In this document: positions 1 to 8,719 of the stretch, one piece after another | Layout: each line of letters begins with the position of its first letter | Numbering within the stretch: position 1 is the stretch's first letter | Assembly (NCBI RefSeq): GCF_003355005.1 | Contig: NZ_CP029987.1 | Span: 13,377 to 53,376, forward strand | DNA from: Sphingomonas sp. FARSPH | GTDB lineage: Bacteria; Pseudomonadota; Alphaproteobacteria; Sphingomonadales; Sphingomonadaceae | DNA: 40,000 bases | Reading direction: 5' to 3' | Notes under the pieces: model-generated | The model's input: only the letters and a program-made list of their open reading frames with translations | What the model was told of the DNA's origin: nothing | Database searches by the model: none | Program-made: the position numbers and the translations under genes

Positions 1-719
1 CCGGTGGCCGCCGCGGCCTCGATCAGCAGGTCGATGCCCTTTTCGGGGACGAAACGGCCAGCATAGCCCGCATGTCGGCCCGATGCGGGGTCGACCGGCG
101 TCGCGGCCGCGGCGATCATGCACGGATTGACGGTGATGCGCGCCGGATCGATCCCCGCCCGCGCGACCAGCCAGTCGCGGCTGAATTCGGTCAGCACGAC
201 GAAGCGCGCGACGTGCCGGCGGTAGACGTCGCGCCGTGCGGCGATGGCATGGCGCAGGCCGAAGGCGATGCTTTCGGGCAGATTGTCGCGGCAGTTCTTC
301 AGCGCGACGCGCTGCGCGCCGCGGTCGAGGCACTCGGTGCACACGCGCGCGCCGTCATGGTGCGTCGCCACCGGGCAGGTGATGCGGAAATCGTAGCAGC
401 TGTGGACGACGGGAACGCCCGCGCGTGCGCAGACCTCGAAAACCCAGGGCGTGATGAGGGGGTAGAGCTCGTGCGTGTGGACGATGTCGGGCCGGTCCGC
501 CGCGATCTGCGCGGCGAAGGCGGCAAGCGTCGCGGGCGGATAGAGGCCGTTGGCAAAGGCGCGGACCCGCGCGCCCATCCCCTCGCCGAGCGCGCGGCTG
601 TCGCGCGCGAACGTCGTCACGGCGAGCCCCCGGCGCCGCGACAGCGCGATCGTCGCATCCCACGCATTGTCCGACCCGCCGCCCCCGCGATGCCGGTTGA
701 AGACGTGGAGGACCTTCAT
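1..719 (-). CDS. Glycosyltransferase family 4 (GT-B), N-terminal ~239 codons; the 3' end lies beyond the window start
   Basis: This minus-strand frame is missing from the ORF track because it runs off the window. ATG is at 719-717. My translation is MKVLHVFNRHRGGGGSDNAWDATIALSRRRGLAVTTF...DIVHTHELYPLITPWVFEV...GYAGRFVPEKGIDLLIEAAAATG. That shows a GT4 N-domain and the start of the C-domain G-R-x-x-x-EKG motif. The start forms a 4-nt ATGA overlap with the stop of the upstream gene (716-719). Confidence 0.75.
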   Translation of the reverse strand, partial: MKVLHVFNRHRGGGGSDNAWDATIALSRRRGLAVTTFARDSRALGEGMGARVRAFANGLYPPATLAAFAAQIAADRPDIVHTHELYPLITPWVFEVCARAGVPVVHSCYDFRITCPVATHHDGARVCTECLDRGAQRVALKNCRDNLPESIAFGLRHAIAARRDVYRRHVARFVVLTEFSRDWLVARAGIDPARITVNPCMIAAAATPVDPASGRHAGYAGRFVPEKGIDLLIEAAAAT

Positions 720-1933
720 CCCGTCAGGGCGACGAAATGCTCGGGCCTGTAGGGCTCGCCGATCGCCTCTTGCGACAGCGGGTGCCCCGCCTTGCGGGCC
801 GCGACCATCTCGCGGAACAGCGTCGCATAGCCGTCGACGACCGCATCCCAGCGGAACGCGCTCGCCTCGCGCGCCTGCGCCGCCCGGCCCAGCGCGGCGC
901 GGCGGTCGGGATCGGCATCGAGGTCGCGCAGCAGCGCGGCGAGATGCCCCGGCGTCTTGGCGAAATAGGGATTGTCGGGCCCCAGATTCTCGCGGTGGAA
1001 GACGACGTCGATCGGCACGCACGGCGCGCCGTGGTGCATCGCGCGCAGCAGGCTGGGGTTGGTCCCGCCGACCTCGTGCCCGTGCAGATAGGCGGCGCAG
1101 TTGCGATAGAGCGCGTTGAGTACCGACGACTGGAACACGCCGCCCACGCAATGGATCAGGTCGTCGTTCTCCGCCGCGACGGCCCGCGCATACTCGCTCT
1201 CGTACGGCACGCTGCCGACGACGATCAGCGGCTTGGCGAGGCCGGAGGCGCGATATTCGCGGATGATATGGTCGACGTTGTTCTCCGGCTCCATCCGCGC
1301 GACCGCGAGGTAATAGCCGCCCGGTTCGACGTTGTAGCGCGCCAGCGCGCCGTCGTCGGGGGCATCGCCGACCGCGCCCGAATAGGGGATGTAGGTGGAC
1401 GGCGCGCCATATTCGGTGCGGTAGTATTCCTGCATCGCGCGCGCATCGGTGACCAGCCAGTCGGCGAGCCGCGCGCTGACCTTTTCCGACCAGCGGTAAT
1501 AGCGGCGCTGCAGCGGACTCCACTTGCGGCGCTGCCAGCCGAGGCCGTCGGTATGCAGCAGCACCGGCACGCGCGCAGCTTTCAGCGGCAGCAGGAACGG
1601 CCCGTTGCCCGGATCGACGACGAAGACGAGGTCAAAGCCGCGCGGTGCGGCATCGAGGATCGCAAGGTTGCTGTGGACGATGCTCTCGAAGCTCTTGCCG
1701 CCGGGCGAGGGCAGGTAGCGGCAGCGCACGCCTTGATAGGCGTCGGGATGCGTCTCGTAATAGGAGGACCGGCAATAGACGGTGACGTCCATGCCATGGT
1801 CGCGCACCAGCCCGGTGGCGAGTTCCTCGACCAGCGTGCTGAACCCGCTGTGGCGCGCGGGGATACCGCGGTCGCCGATGAAGGCGATGCGCAACGGGCG
1901 GTTCGGTGTCGGGGAGGGCGCCGGCTCAGCCAT
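716..1933 (-). CDS. Glycosyltransferase, GT4 with DUF1972-type N-terminus
   Basis: 405-aa ORF. The N-terminus RIAFIGDRGIPARHSGFSTLVEELATGLVRDHGMDVTVYCR is typical of DUF1972-type GT4 enzymes. The C-domain reads HGHEVGGTNPSLLRAMHHGAPCV. The start overlaps the upstream methyltransferase stop by 8 nt. Confidence 0.85.
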   Translation of the reverse strand: MAEPAPSPTPNRPLRIAFIGDRGIPARHSGFSTLVEELATGLVRDHGMDVTVYCRSSYYETHPDAYQGVRCRYLPSPGGKSFESIVHSNLAILDAAPRGFDLVFVVDPGNGPFLLPLKAARVPVLLHTDGLGWQRRKWSPLQRRYYRWSEKVSARLADWLVTDARAMQEYYRTEYGAPSTYIPYSGAVGDAPDDGALARYNVEPGGYYLAVARMEPENNVDHIIREYRASGLAKPLIVVGSVPYESEYARAVAAENDDLIHCVGGVFQSSVLNALYRNCAAYLHGHEVGGTNPSLLRAMHHGAPCVPIDVVFHRENLGPDNPYFAKTPGHLAALLRDLDADPDRRAALGRAAQAREASAFRWDAVVDGYATLFREMVAARKAGHPLSQEAIGEPYRPEHFVALTG

Positions 1934-2738
1934 GCGGCTTGAACGCGATCCAGAGGTCCTGCGTCATGCCGGCATCCGCCGGCGTCGCGACGCGCTCCAC
2001 CCGCTCGAACCCCCGGAACAGCGTGTTGCGGACATAATCGGGCGGATGCACGGCGAAGAACCACTTCTTCCCCTCCGCATAGCGCGACTGCGTGACGAGT
2101 TCGCCGCGCGCATAAGCGGCCTGTTCCGCCGCGCCGGTCAGGAGGTAGGTGTAATAGTCGCCGTGCGTCGTCGCGACCAGGACGCCGCCCGGCTTCAGCA
2201 CGCGCAGCATCTCCTGCGCCCAGGCGATCTGCACCGCTTCCGACAGATGGGTGAAGACCGAGAAATTATAGGCCGCGCCGAAGCTGTCGGCGTCGAACGG
2301 CAGCGGCGGCTCCATCCCGTTCAGTGCGAAATCGATGCCGGGCAACGCGCCCTGGCACCAGCGGATCGTCGCGGGGTTGTAGTCGGTGCCGGTCACCGCG
2401 ACGTCACGATGCGCGAGCAGCGCGGGCATGTGGCGGATCAGCCGCCCCGGCCCGCACCCCCATTCGAGCAAGGCGAGCGGCCCGGGCGGCGCGTGCGCGT
2501 CGATCAGGTCGGCGAACACCTTGGCATGCGCGCGGCCCAGCGTGTCGTAGCTTTCCCAGTCGACCTTGTTGTACGCGTCGAACGCCAGATCTTCGGGCGG
2601 CACGGCATAATCGGGATGCGCCGCGCGAAAGGCGCGGTTGCTGCGCGCCGTCTGCGCGCGTTTGCGCAGATAGGAAAGACGGTCGAGCACCGGGAGCAAC
2701 CCGAGCGAGCGCGACGCGCTGATGAGATGATACTTCAT
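1926..2738 (-). CDS. Class I SAM-dependent methyltransferase
   Basis: I chose the internal ATG at 2738 (MKYHLISASRS...), which makes an ATGA overlap with the upstream GT2 stop. SAM motif I is LLEWGCGPGRLIRHM and the post-I/II region is LKPGGVLVATTHG. The upstream 96 codons of the 366-aa track ORF are Arg/Pro-rich read-through. Confidence 0.85.
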   Translation of the reverse strand: MKYHLISASRSLGLLPVLDRLSYLRKRAQTARSNRAFRAAHPDYAVPPEDLAFDAYNKVDWESYDTLGRAHAKVFADLIDAHAPPGPLALLEWGCGPGRLIRHMPALLAHRDVAVTGTDYNPATIRWCQGALPGIDFALNGMEPPLPFDADSFGAAYNFSVFTHLSEAVQIAWAQEMLRVLKPGGVLVATTHGDYYTYLLTGAAEQAAYARGELVTQSRYAEGKKWFFAVHPPDYVRNTLFRGFERVERVATPADAGMTQDLWIAFKPHG

Positions 2739-3664
2739 GGGCTGGGCCTCATCCTGTTGCGATAGTCGCGGAGGAACCGGAACATCGGGCGGCCGGCGAA
2801 ATAGGTTAGGGAGCCTTGGCCGAAGAGTTCGGAAAGCCCTGCGCGGACGTTGCCGGCGCGCAGGTTTCCGGTCGCGATCAGCGTGTGCGCGACGCGCCGG
2901 CGACGGCGCAGGATCGCGGCATGGTCCGCGCCGGCCGCCCATTCGATGATCGCCAGCGCCTCGCGGTGGATGTCGGTCGCGCCGACCTGGCTCATCGCCT
3001 GCGGATGGACGCGGTAATGGCAGCACAGGTCAGGCACCGACCGCCCCAGCCAGTCGCGCGCGATGGCGACGAACAGATAATAGTCCGGGCACAGCCGCAC
3101 CCAGTCGGGGATCGGCCCCAGCGCGCGCACCGCCGCGGTGCGCAGGCACGCCGAACTGAGCGCGATGAAGCTGGGATGGTCGAGCAGATCTGCGAAGATG
3201 TCGCCTTCGGGCTTGGGTCCGTCGCCGTGCCACGGATCGAACGGACGCGGCCGTCCCGCGCCGAAGCGGCGCGTCGCGCCATAGACGATGCCGAGCCGCC
3301 CGCTGCGATCCGCGTCGATCAATGCGGCCTGCCGTTCGAGCTTGATCGGCGTCCACAGGTCGTCCTGGTCGATGAAGGCGATCCATTCGCCCCGCGCCAG
3401 CGCGATCGCGCGGTTGCGCGCCTCGCCAACGGGCACGTGGTCGGGTGACACGCACACGCGCATCCGCGGGTCCCCGAACGCCTCCGCCAGCGCGACGCAG
3501 CCGTCGGTCGAGCGGTCGTCGTAGACGATGAACTCGAAGTCGCCATGGCTTTGCGCGAGCACGCTGGCGATCGCCGCCTCGATGAAGGCGGCGCCGTTGT
3601 AGCTGTTCATCACCACCGAGAAACGGGGTGCGGAACGCCGGGCGGGAGGCGCATCGCCGGACAT
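2735..3664 (-). CDS. Glycosyltransferase family 2 (GT-A)
   Basis: I chose the internal ATG at 3664, 2 nt after the PCP stop. FSVVMNSYNGAAFIEAAIASVLAQSHGDFEFIVYDDRSTDG and AFIDQDDLW are the GT2 beta1/DxD signatures. The rest of the 717-aa track ORF is antisense or alternate-frame read-through. Confidence 0.85.
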   Translation of the reverse strand: MSGDAPPARRSAPRFSVVMNSYNGAAFIEAAIASVLAQSHGDFEFIVYDDRSTDGCVALAEAFGDPRMRVCVSPDHVPVGEARNRAIALARGEWIAFIDQDDLWTPIKLERQAALIDADRSGRLGIVYGATRRFGAGRPRPFDPWHGDGPKPEGDIFADLLDHPSFIALSSACLRTAAVRALGPIPDWVRLCPDYYLFVAIARDWLGRSVPDLCCHYRVHPQAMSQVGATDIHREALAIIEWAAGADHAAILRRRRRVAHTLIATGNLRAGNVRAGLSELFGQGSLTYFAGRPMFRFLRDYRNRMRPSP

Positions 3665-3666
3665 GC

Positions 3667-5268
3667 CTATTTGCCGAAGAGGCGCCGCGCGAAGGGTTCG
3701 TCCTGCCCGACGATGGCATAGAGCGGCGCGCCGCCCGGCCGGTTCGCCAGCCGATAGCGGCTGGCGCTGCCACGCAGCACGTCGAGCAGGATGGCAAGGC
3801 CGATGCCGAGGACGAGGCCGACGACAAGACCGACGAGCAGCAGCAACTTGGTGTTGGGCGCGTCGGGCTTGTCGGGCGCCTCCGCCTTCTCGACGACCTG
3901 GATCGCGGACGGCGCCGACTGCGCGGTCGCGGCGGACACCGCCGCCACCATCAGCTTTTCCTGCAGCGCCACGTACTTCTTCTCGAGCGCGTCGTGCTGG
4001 CGGCCGAGGTCGTGGCTCTCCTTCATCTTTTCGGGGATGGCGTCGACCTGCGTGCGCATCCGGCCGACGTCGGCCATCTGGTTGGTGAGCGCGGCGCGGT
4101 CGCCGGCGAGCTTCGCCTCGAGCTGCGCCTTTTGCGCGCGCAGCGTGTCGTAGGCGGCGTTGCGCACGATGCTGGTCTGCTGGACGCCGCGCGCCTCCTG
4201 GCCGGCGATCTGGCCCTTGAGGATCGCGATCCGCTCGTCCAGCGTCTTCATCTCCGGCGAGTCCGGGCGATAGCGCAGCGCGGTATTCTCGCGGTCGACC
4301 TGCGCCTTCGCCAGTTCCTGCTTCAGGCCCGCGCGGATCGGATTGTCCTGGACGACGCGGCCCGATTCCACCTCGCGCGCCTCGCGGCCGAGCTGGCCGT
4401 TGACCACCGCGAGCTGGCGCTGCGTCTCCGCGATCGCGGTGCGGCGATCGGCGGCCTGGCCCTGCATCGCCAGATACTGGCCGATCTGGACCTTGTCCTT
4501 CTCGAACACCAGCTGCATGTCGTTCTGCGTATAGTAACGCTGCATCTGCGCCTCGAGCGCGAGCAGGTCGCGATGCGCCTTGTCCGCCTCGCGCTCCAGC
4601 GAGGCATAGGCTTCGGTCGCCTCGCGCGCGAAACGGGCGCGGCGCTGTTCCAGATAGACCGCCGCGATCGTGTTCGCCATTTCGGCGACACGCGGCGAGG
4701 GCGCGCGAACGGTCAGCAGGCCGACGTTGGTGTTGTTGACCGGCACCAGGCTGACGCCGGTGCGGAAGTCGTCGACCGCGCCCGCGATCTCGACCTCCTG
4801 CGGGGTCGGCGAATAGGGCGAGCGGTGCGGCGGGAAGAAGAAATCCTTGATGCTGCGCCACGCCCGACCGGGCCAGGAGACCGACCACAGGTGCGTCGCA
4901 TAGCGCAGCGGCGGGTGGTAGACGTCGTCATAGCCCAGGTGCATGTCCTTCATCACCTGCGCGACGACGGACGTCGAGGTGAACAGGACCACCTCGTCCT
5001 TCAGCGCGTTGCGGCGGAACACCGCCCAGTCGCCGTAGAAGCCCTCGCGCTGGCGATCGTCGTCGGAATTGGCGACGAGCGTGACCGAGCTGGAATAGAC
5101 CGGCGGCCAGACGACGATATAGACCATCACCAGCGCCAGCGTCGCCAGCACCACCGCCGCGATCAGCCGCTTGCGCGTGCGCACCGCCATATAGGCGGTG
5201 TGCCAGGCGTGGCGGACGTCGAACGTATCCGCCTCCGGCCGGTGGGGGTGACGTTCCTCGATCGTCAT
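3667..5268 (-). CDS. Polysaccharide co-polymerase (Wzz/GumC/ExoP-N-like chain-length determinant) lacking a kinase domain
   Basis: ATG is at 5268. TM1 is LIAAVVLATLALVMVYIVVW. A long coiled-coil periplasmic region follows (LEREADKAHRDLLALEAQMQRYY, LRAQKAQLEAKLAGDRAAL). TM2 is LLLLVGLVVGLVLGIGLAILL. The protein ends in a ~35-aa cytoplasmic tail and has no P-loop. Confidence 0.8.
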   Translation of the reverse strand: MTIEERHPHRPEADTFDVRHAWHTAYMAVRTRKRLIAAVVLATLALVMVYIVVWPPVYSSSVTLVANSDDDRQREGFYGDWAVFRRNALKDEVVLFTSTSVVAQVMKDMHLGYDDVYHPPLRYATHLWSVSWPGRAWRSIKDFFFPPHRSPYSPTPQEVEIAGAVDDFRTGVSLVPVNNTNVGLLTVRAPSPRVAEMANTIAAVYLEQRRARFAREATEAYASLEREADKAHRDLLALEAQMQRYYTQNDMQLVFEKDKVQIGQYLAMQGQAADRRTAIAETQRQLAVVNGQLGREAREVESGRVVQDNPIRAGLKQELAKAQVDRENTALRYRPDSPEMKTLDERIAILKGQIAGQEARGVQQTSIVRNAAYDTLRAQKAQLEAKLAGDRAALTNQMADVGRMRTQVDAIPEKMKESHDLGRQHDALEKKYVALQEKLMVAAVSAATAQSAPSAIQVVEKAEAPDKPDAPNTKLLLLVGLVVGLVLGIGLAILLDVLRGSASRYRLANRPGGAPLYAIVGQDEPFARRLFGK

Positions 5269-5291
5269 CGGGATGGGCCGGATCGGCGCGT

Positions 5292-6047
5292 TCACCGGCT
5301 GATCTCCTTGAGCAGGCGGAACTGGATGTAGGGGGTCAGCAACTGGTTGAACCCGTTGAGCGGCGTGCTGATGAAATCCTGGACGAAGCGGGTGAACTGC
5401 GAGCGTCCGCTTTCCTGGACGACGATGATGTCGCCGGGCTGGAGCACGACGTTCTGCAGCGCGAGCAGCAGCCCGGCGCGCCCGCCCGCGGCGGTCGGGA
5501 TCAGGTTGGCGACCAGATGGCCCGACGGGTCGAGGCGGATCAGCGCGACGTTGCGCAGCGACGCGCTGCGCACGGTGTCGCCCGCCTGGATCAGCGCCTC
5601 CGCCGCGGTGCGCGCGTCGCGCAGCGAGACCGCGGCCGGCCGGCCGACCTCGCCCGTCACGAACACCTTGTCGTCGCGCGGGTTGGTAAGGATCAGCGTC
5701 ACTTCGGGATTGTAGATGCGCTGGTTCAGCCGGTCGCGGACCAGCCGCGTCGCCTGCGGCACGGTCATGCCCGCGAGCCGCACCTCGCCGACCTTGGGCA
5801 AAGCGACGAAGCCGTCGGCGCGGATCGTCACGGTGCGCGACACCTCCGCCATCTGGTCGACGACGACCTCGATCGTGTCGCCGGGGACGAGCAGATAGGC
5901 GCGCTCGTACCGGTCGATCGAGCGCAGCACCTCGGGCGTAGCGGCGATGCTGACGGGATGCGAGATCTGCGCGCTGCACGCGCCCAGCATCGCCAGGACG
6001 AGCCCGCCGAGCGCGAGACGGAGCAACGGGCGAAGGGGCGAGGTCAT
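5292..6047 (-). CDS. wza: Polysaccharide export outer-membrane lipoprotein (Wza/GumB/ExoF family)
   Basis: ATG at 6047 makes an ATGA overlap with the upstream GT2 stop. The signal peptide carries lipobox LAMLGAC. PES-domain-like LLVPGDTIEVVV...VTIRADGFVALPKVGEVRLAGMTVPQA and SLBB-like VFVTGEV are present. Confidence 0.85.
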   Translation of the reverse strand: MTSPLRPLLRLALGGLVLAMLGACSAQISHPVSIAATPEVLRSIDRYERAYLLVPGDTIEVVVDQMAEVSRTVTIRADGFVALPKVGEVRLAGMTVPQATRLVRDRLNQRIYNPEVTLILTNPRDDKVFVTGEVGRPAAVSLRDARTAAEALIQAGDTVRSASLRNVALIRLDPSGHLVANLIPTAAGGRAGLLLALQNVVLQPGDIIVVQESGRSQFTRFVQDFISTPLNGFNQLLTPYIQFRLLKEISR

Positions 6048-7021
6048 ACGGCGTCCGTTTCGATGGCGGTGGGGCGGGGCGGCGCGGTCAGCGCATAGAG
6101 CGCGCGCAGCCCCCAGGATTTGGGCGAGCGGGGGTTGTAGGCACAGGCGGCGCGCAGCGCGGCGCGACCGCCCGCGGCATCGCCCGCCTCCCAGCACAAG
6201 GTCGCCCGCGCGCGGTGCAGGCGCGACAGGATCAGCCGGCGCCGCTGTTCCGGCATCCCGTCGTACCGGCGCCGTTCGAGCAGCGTCATCATCGTGCCGA
6301 TCACCGCCGGATTGTGCATCAGCCCCAGCGTGTTGCGCAGCGAACCGTCGTGATAGCGCACGCTGAGCAAAGTCTCGTGCGACAACCACCCCTGCGCGCC
6401 GATGTCGCCGAGCCGCATCATCACGTTCATCTCGAAGGGGAAATTGCCGGTGCAATCCTCGTCGACCAGCCCCGCGCGCGCGACCGCGGACGCGCGTAGC
6501 AACGTGCCCGAGATCGGCGTCAGGCCGGTCGCCATATGCGTGTCGAGGATCGGGAACAGGCCTTCGCCGCGCGCGGTGCGGCCATGATCGTGCAGATATT
6601 GCGCGGTCAGCGTCGGCGAGACGATGCCGGCGACGTCGATCAGCCGCGGGTCGGCGACGAACAGCGCGGCCTCGGGCGTCGCATCCAGCGTCGCCACCCC
6701 CTTTGCCAGACAATCGGGATCGAGCAGGTCGTCGTCGTGCAGGATCATGAAATAATCGGCGTCGCCGCGTTCGGCGAACAGGTAGCGCCCCTGGCCGTAT
6801 TCGCCGCCATTCGCAGGCTGCGCGACGAAGCGGATGCGCGGGTCGCCGAGCGCGTCGACCCAGGCGCGCAGCTGGTCCGCGATATCGCCGGGCGAGCAAT
6901 TGTCGCTGACGATCGCGCGGAAATCCCCGAAACTCTGCGCGCGCAGGCTCTCCACCGTCTCGCGCACCATGCGCGGACGGTTGAAGGTGGGGATGCCGAC
7001 GAAGACGCGTTCAGAAGAAAT
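6044..7021 (-). CDS. Glycosyltransferase family 2; start codon unresolved
   Basis: RVFVGIPTFNRPRMVRETVESLRAQSFGDFRAIVSDNCSPG and MILHDDDLL are GT2 beta1 and DxD motifs. The first canonical start, ATG at 6970, would remove the beta1 strand. The only upstream canonical start in frame is ATG at 7150. I placed the 5' end at ATT 7021 as a placeholder; see the findings. Confidence 0.7.
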   Translation of the reverse strand: MSSERVFVGIPTFNRPRMVRETVESLRAQSFGDFRAIVSDNCSPGDIADQLRAWVDALGDPRIRFVAQPANGGEYGQGRYLFAERGDADYFMILHDDDLLDPDCLAKGVATLDATPEAALFVADPRLIDVAGIVSPTLTAQYLHDHGRTARGEGLFPILDTHMATGLTPISGTLLRASAVARAGLVDEDCTGNFPFEMNVMMRLGDIGAQGWLSHETLLSVRYHDGSLRNTLGLMHNPAVIGTMMTLLERRRYDGMPEQRRRLILSRLHRARATLCWEAGDAAGGRAALRAACAYNPRSPKSWGLRALYALTAPPRPTAIETDAV

Positions 7022-7982
7022 CGCGGTGCTCCCTGTACCAGGCGAAGGTTTCGCCGAGGCGTTCGTCGAGCGATGCGGCGGGCGCCCAGCCGAGCTTCTC
7101 GCGCGCGAGGGCGGAGGAGAGATACTGCGCCTGGATCTCGCCGCTCGCATTGTTCTGGACGATCGGCTCGAGGTCGGCGCGCCCCGCCGCGGCGAGCGTA
7201 CGCCGGGTGAGGTCGAGCACGCTGACCGGCTCGCCGGTGCCGAAGTTGAAGGCGCGGCCGACGACGTCCGCATCGCCCATATGCTCGGCGAGCAGCAGAT
7301 AGGCGGAGGCGATGTCGTCGACGTAGACGTAATCGCGCACCGGCGAGCCGTCCGAGCGGATCACCGGCCGGTTGCCGTCGATCGCCGACAGGCAGGTGCC
7401 CGGCACGATCCGGTTGACGTTGAGATCGCCCGGCCCGAACAGATTGCCGCAGCGCGTGATCGACACCGGCGTCTTGTAGGTATGCGCATAGCTCAGCGCG
7501 ATGAGGTCGGCGCAGCTCTTCGACACGTCGTAGGGATGCCGCCCCTGCAGCGCGAAATCCTCGTGATAGGGCAGGGTGTCGTGGTCGCCGTATGCCTTGT
7601 CCGACGAGGCGACGACGACGCGCTCGACGGTCGGGTTGCGGCGGCACGCCTCGAGCAGCACCCAGGTGCCCTTGATGTTCGCCTCGAACGTCGAGATCGG
7701 GTTGCGGTTGGCGACGCCGACGATCGCCTGGGCGGCAAGGTGAAAGACGGTGTCGACAGCATATTCGTTGATCGCGCGTTCGAGGATGTCGTAATCCTCG
7801 AGGTTGCCGCGCACGACCTTGGCGCGGGTCGCGAGCCCGGTCGACTGGAAGCGGGACTGCGGCACGACGTCGCGGACCAGCGCGATCACCTCCGCCCCGC
7901 GCGCGAGCAGCGCCTCGACCAGCGCGCCGCCCAGAAAGCCCGTCGCCCCCGTGACGAGGCAGCTCTTGCCCTTCCAGTCCAT
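7011..7982 (-). CDS. rfbG: NDP-hexose (CDP-glucose) 4,6-dehydratase-like SDR
   Basis: I chose ATG at 7982 (MDWKGKSCLVTGATGFLGGAL), which forms a TGATG 1-nt overlap with the rfbF stop. It has the Rossmann motif GATGFLG, plus SSDKAYG and YDVSK (YxxxK). It sits directly downstream of a glucose-1-phosphate cytidylyltransferase. The exact substrate and reaction are inferred from this context. Confidence 0.7.
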   Translation of the reverse strand: MDWKGKSCLVTGATGFLGGALVEALLARGAEVIALVRDVVPQSRFQSTGLATRAKVVRGNLEDYDILERAINEYAVDTVFHLAAQAIVGVANRNPISTFEANIKGTWVLLEACRRNPTVERVVVASSDKAYGDHDTLPYHEDFALQGRHPYDVSKSCADLIALSYAHTYKTPVSITRCGNLFGPGDLNVNRIVPGTCLSAIDGNRPVIRSDGSPVRDYVYVDDIASAYLLLAEHMGDADVVGRAFNFGTGEPVSVLDLTRRTLAAAGRADLEPIVQNNASGEIQAQYLSSALAREKLGWAPAASLDERLGETFAWYREHRDFF

Positions 7983-8704
7983 CACGCCGCCTTCTCCTGC
8001 GCGGGCCGGTCGACGATCCACGGCAGCGGCCCGCCGCGTTCGATGACCTCGTCCATCTCGACCACGTCCTTGTAGAAATCGAAGGACTTGAAGAAGCCCT
8101 GGTGCCGGTAGGTATAGGCTTCATGCCGGGCGATGAGCTTGGGCACGATGTCCTGCTCCAGGTTCTCGCCCTGCCAGTCGTCGAAGATCGTCGGCTCCAT
8201 CACCATGAAACCCGCGTTGATCCAGTAATCGGGGATCAGCGGCTTCTCGACGAAGCGCGCGATGCGGCCGTCGTCCTCGACCGACATCACGCCATATTGC
8301 GAATACATCGGCACCGACGTGATCGTCAGCCGCTTGCCGTGGCCGCGGTGGAAGCCGACGAGCCGGTCGAGCGGCACGTCGCACAGCCCGTCGCCATAGG
8401 TGGCGATGAACGGCGCATCGATCAGGTGGCGGCAGTTGAAGATGCGCCGGCCGGTGTCGGCATTCTCGCCGGTGTCGACGATCGTGACCTTCGCGCCGAT
8501 GTCCTTGCCCTCGAAATAATCGGCGAGGACGCCGTGGCGATAGCCCGCGGCGAGGACGAAATCGTCGAACCCCTGGCGGATGAAGTTCTTGATGACATGG
8601 ACCAGCACCGGCGTCCCGCCGAGCGGCAGCATCGGTTTGGGCAGATAGGTGGTGAACGGAAAGGCACGTATGCCTTGGCCGCCGCACAGGATCACGACTT
8701 TCAT
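7982..8704 (-). CDS. rfbF: Glucose-1-phosphate cytidylyltransferase
   Basis: 240 aa. MKVVILCGGQGIRAFPFTTYLPKPMLPLGGTPVL carries the nucleotidyltransferase G-G-x-G-x-R signature. FIATYGDGLCDV and INAGFMVMEP are typical RfbF blocks. A GAAGGAA RBS lies upstream. Confidence 0.9.
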   Translation of the reverse strand: MKVVILCGGQGIRAFPFTTYLPKPMLPLGGTPVLVHVIKNFIRQGFDDFVLAAGYRHGVLADYFEGKDIGAKVTIVDTGENADTGRRIFNCRHLIDAPFIATYGDGLCDVPLDRLVGFHRGHGKRLTITSVPMYSQYGVMSVEDDGRIARFVEKPLIPDYWINAGFMVMEPTIFDDWQGENLEQDIVPKLIARHEAYTYRHQGFFKSFDFYKDVVEMDEVIERGGPLPWIVDRPAQEKAA

Positions 8705-8719
8705 GCGCGAGTGTTCCTT

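Noticed and set aside
72-1942. Long plus-strand ORFs (72-752, 550-1119, 737-1942) opposite the first two glycosyltransferase genes
   Set aside because: Their translations are Arg/Ala/Pro/Gly-rich low-complexity strings with no motifs. The minus strand encodes clear GT4 proteins over the same region. Such stop-free antisense frames are expected at about 70% GC.
2735-6899. Very long minus-strand track ORFs (717 aa, 770 aa, 535 aa) taken at face value
   Set aside because: In each case the N-terminal half is an alternate-frame read-through of the upstream gene and is Arg/Pro-rich. Recognisable protein begins at internal ATGs (3664, 5268, 6047) that sit 0-25 nt from the upstream stop. I used those starts instead.
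7011-8704. An apparently incomplete CDP-sugar pathway (only rfbF plus an rfbG-like gene, with no reductase, epimerase or rfbH-type genes)
   Set aside because: The operon continues leftward beyond position 1, and other loci may supply later steps. Absence within a 40-kb window is not evidence of a novel pathway.
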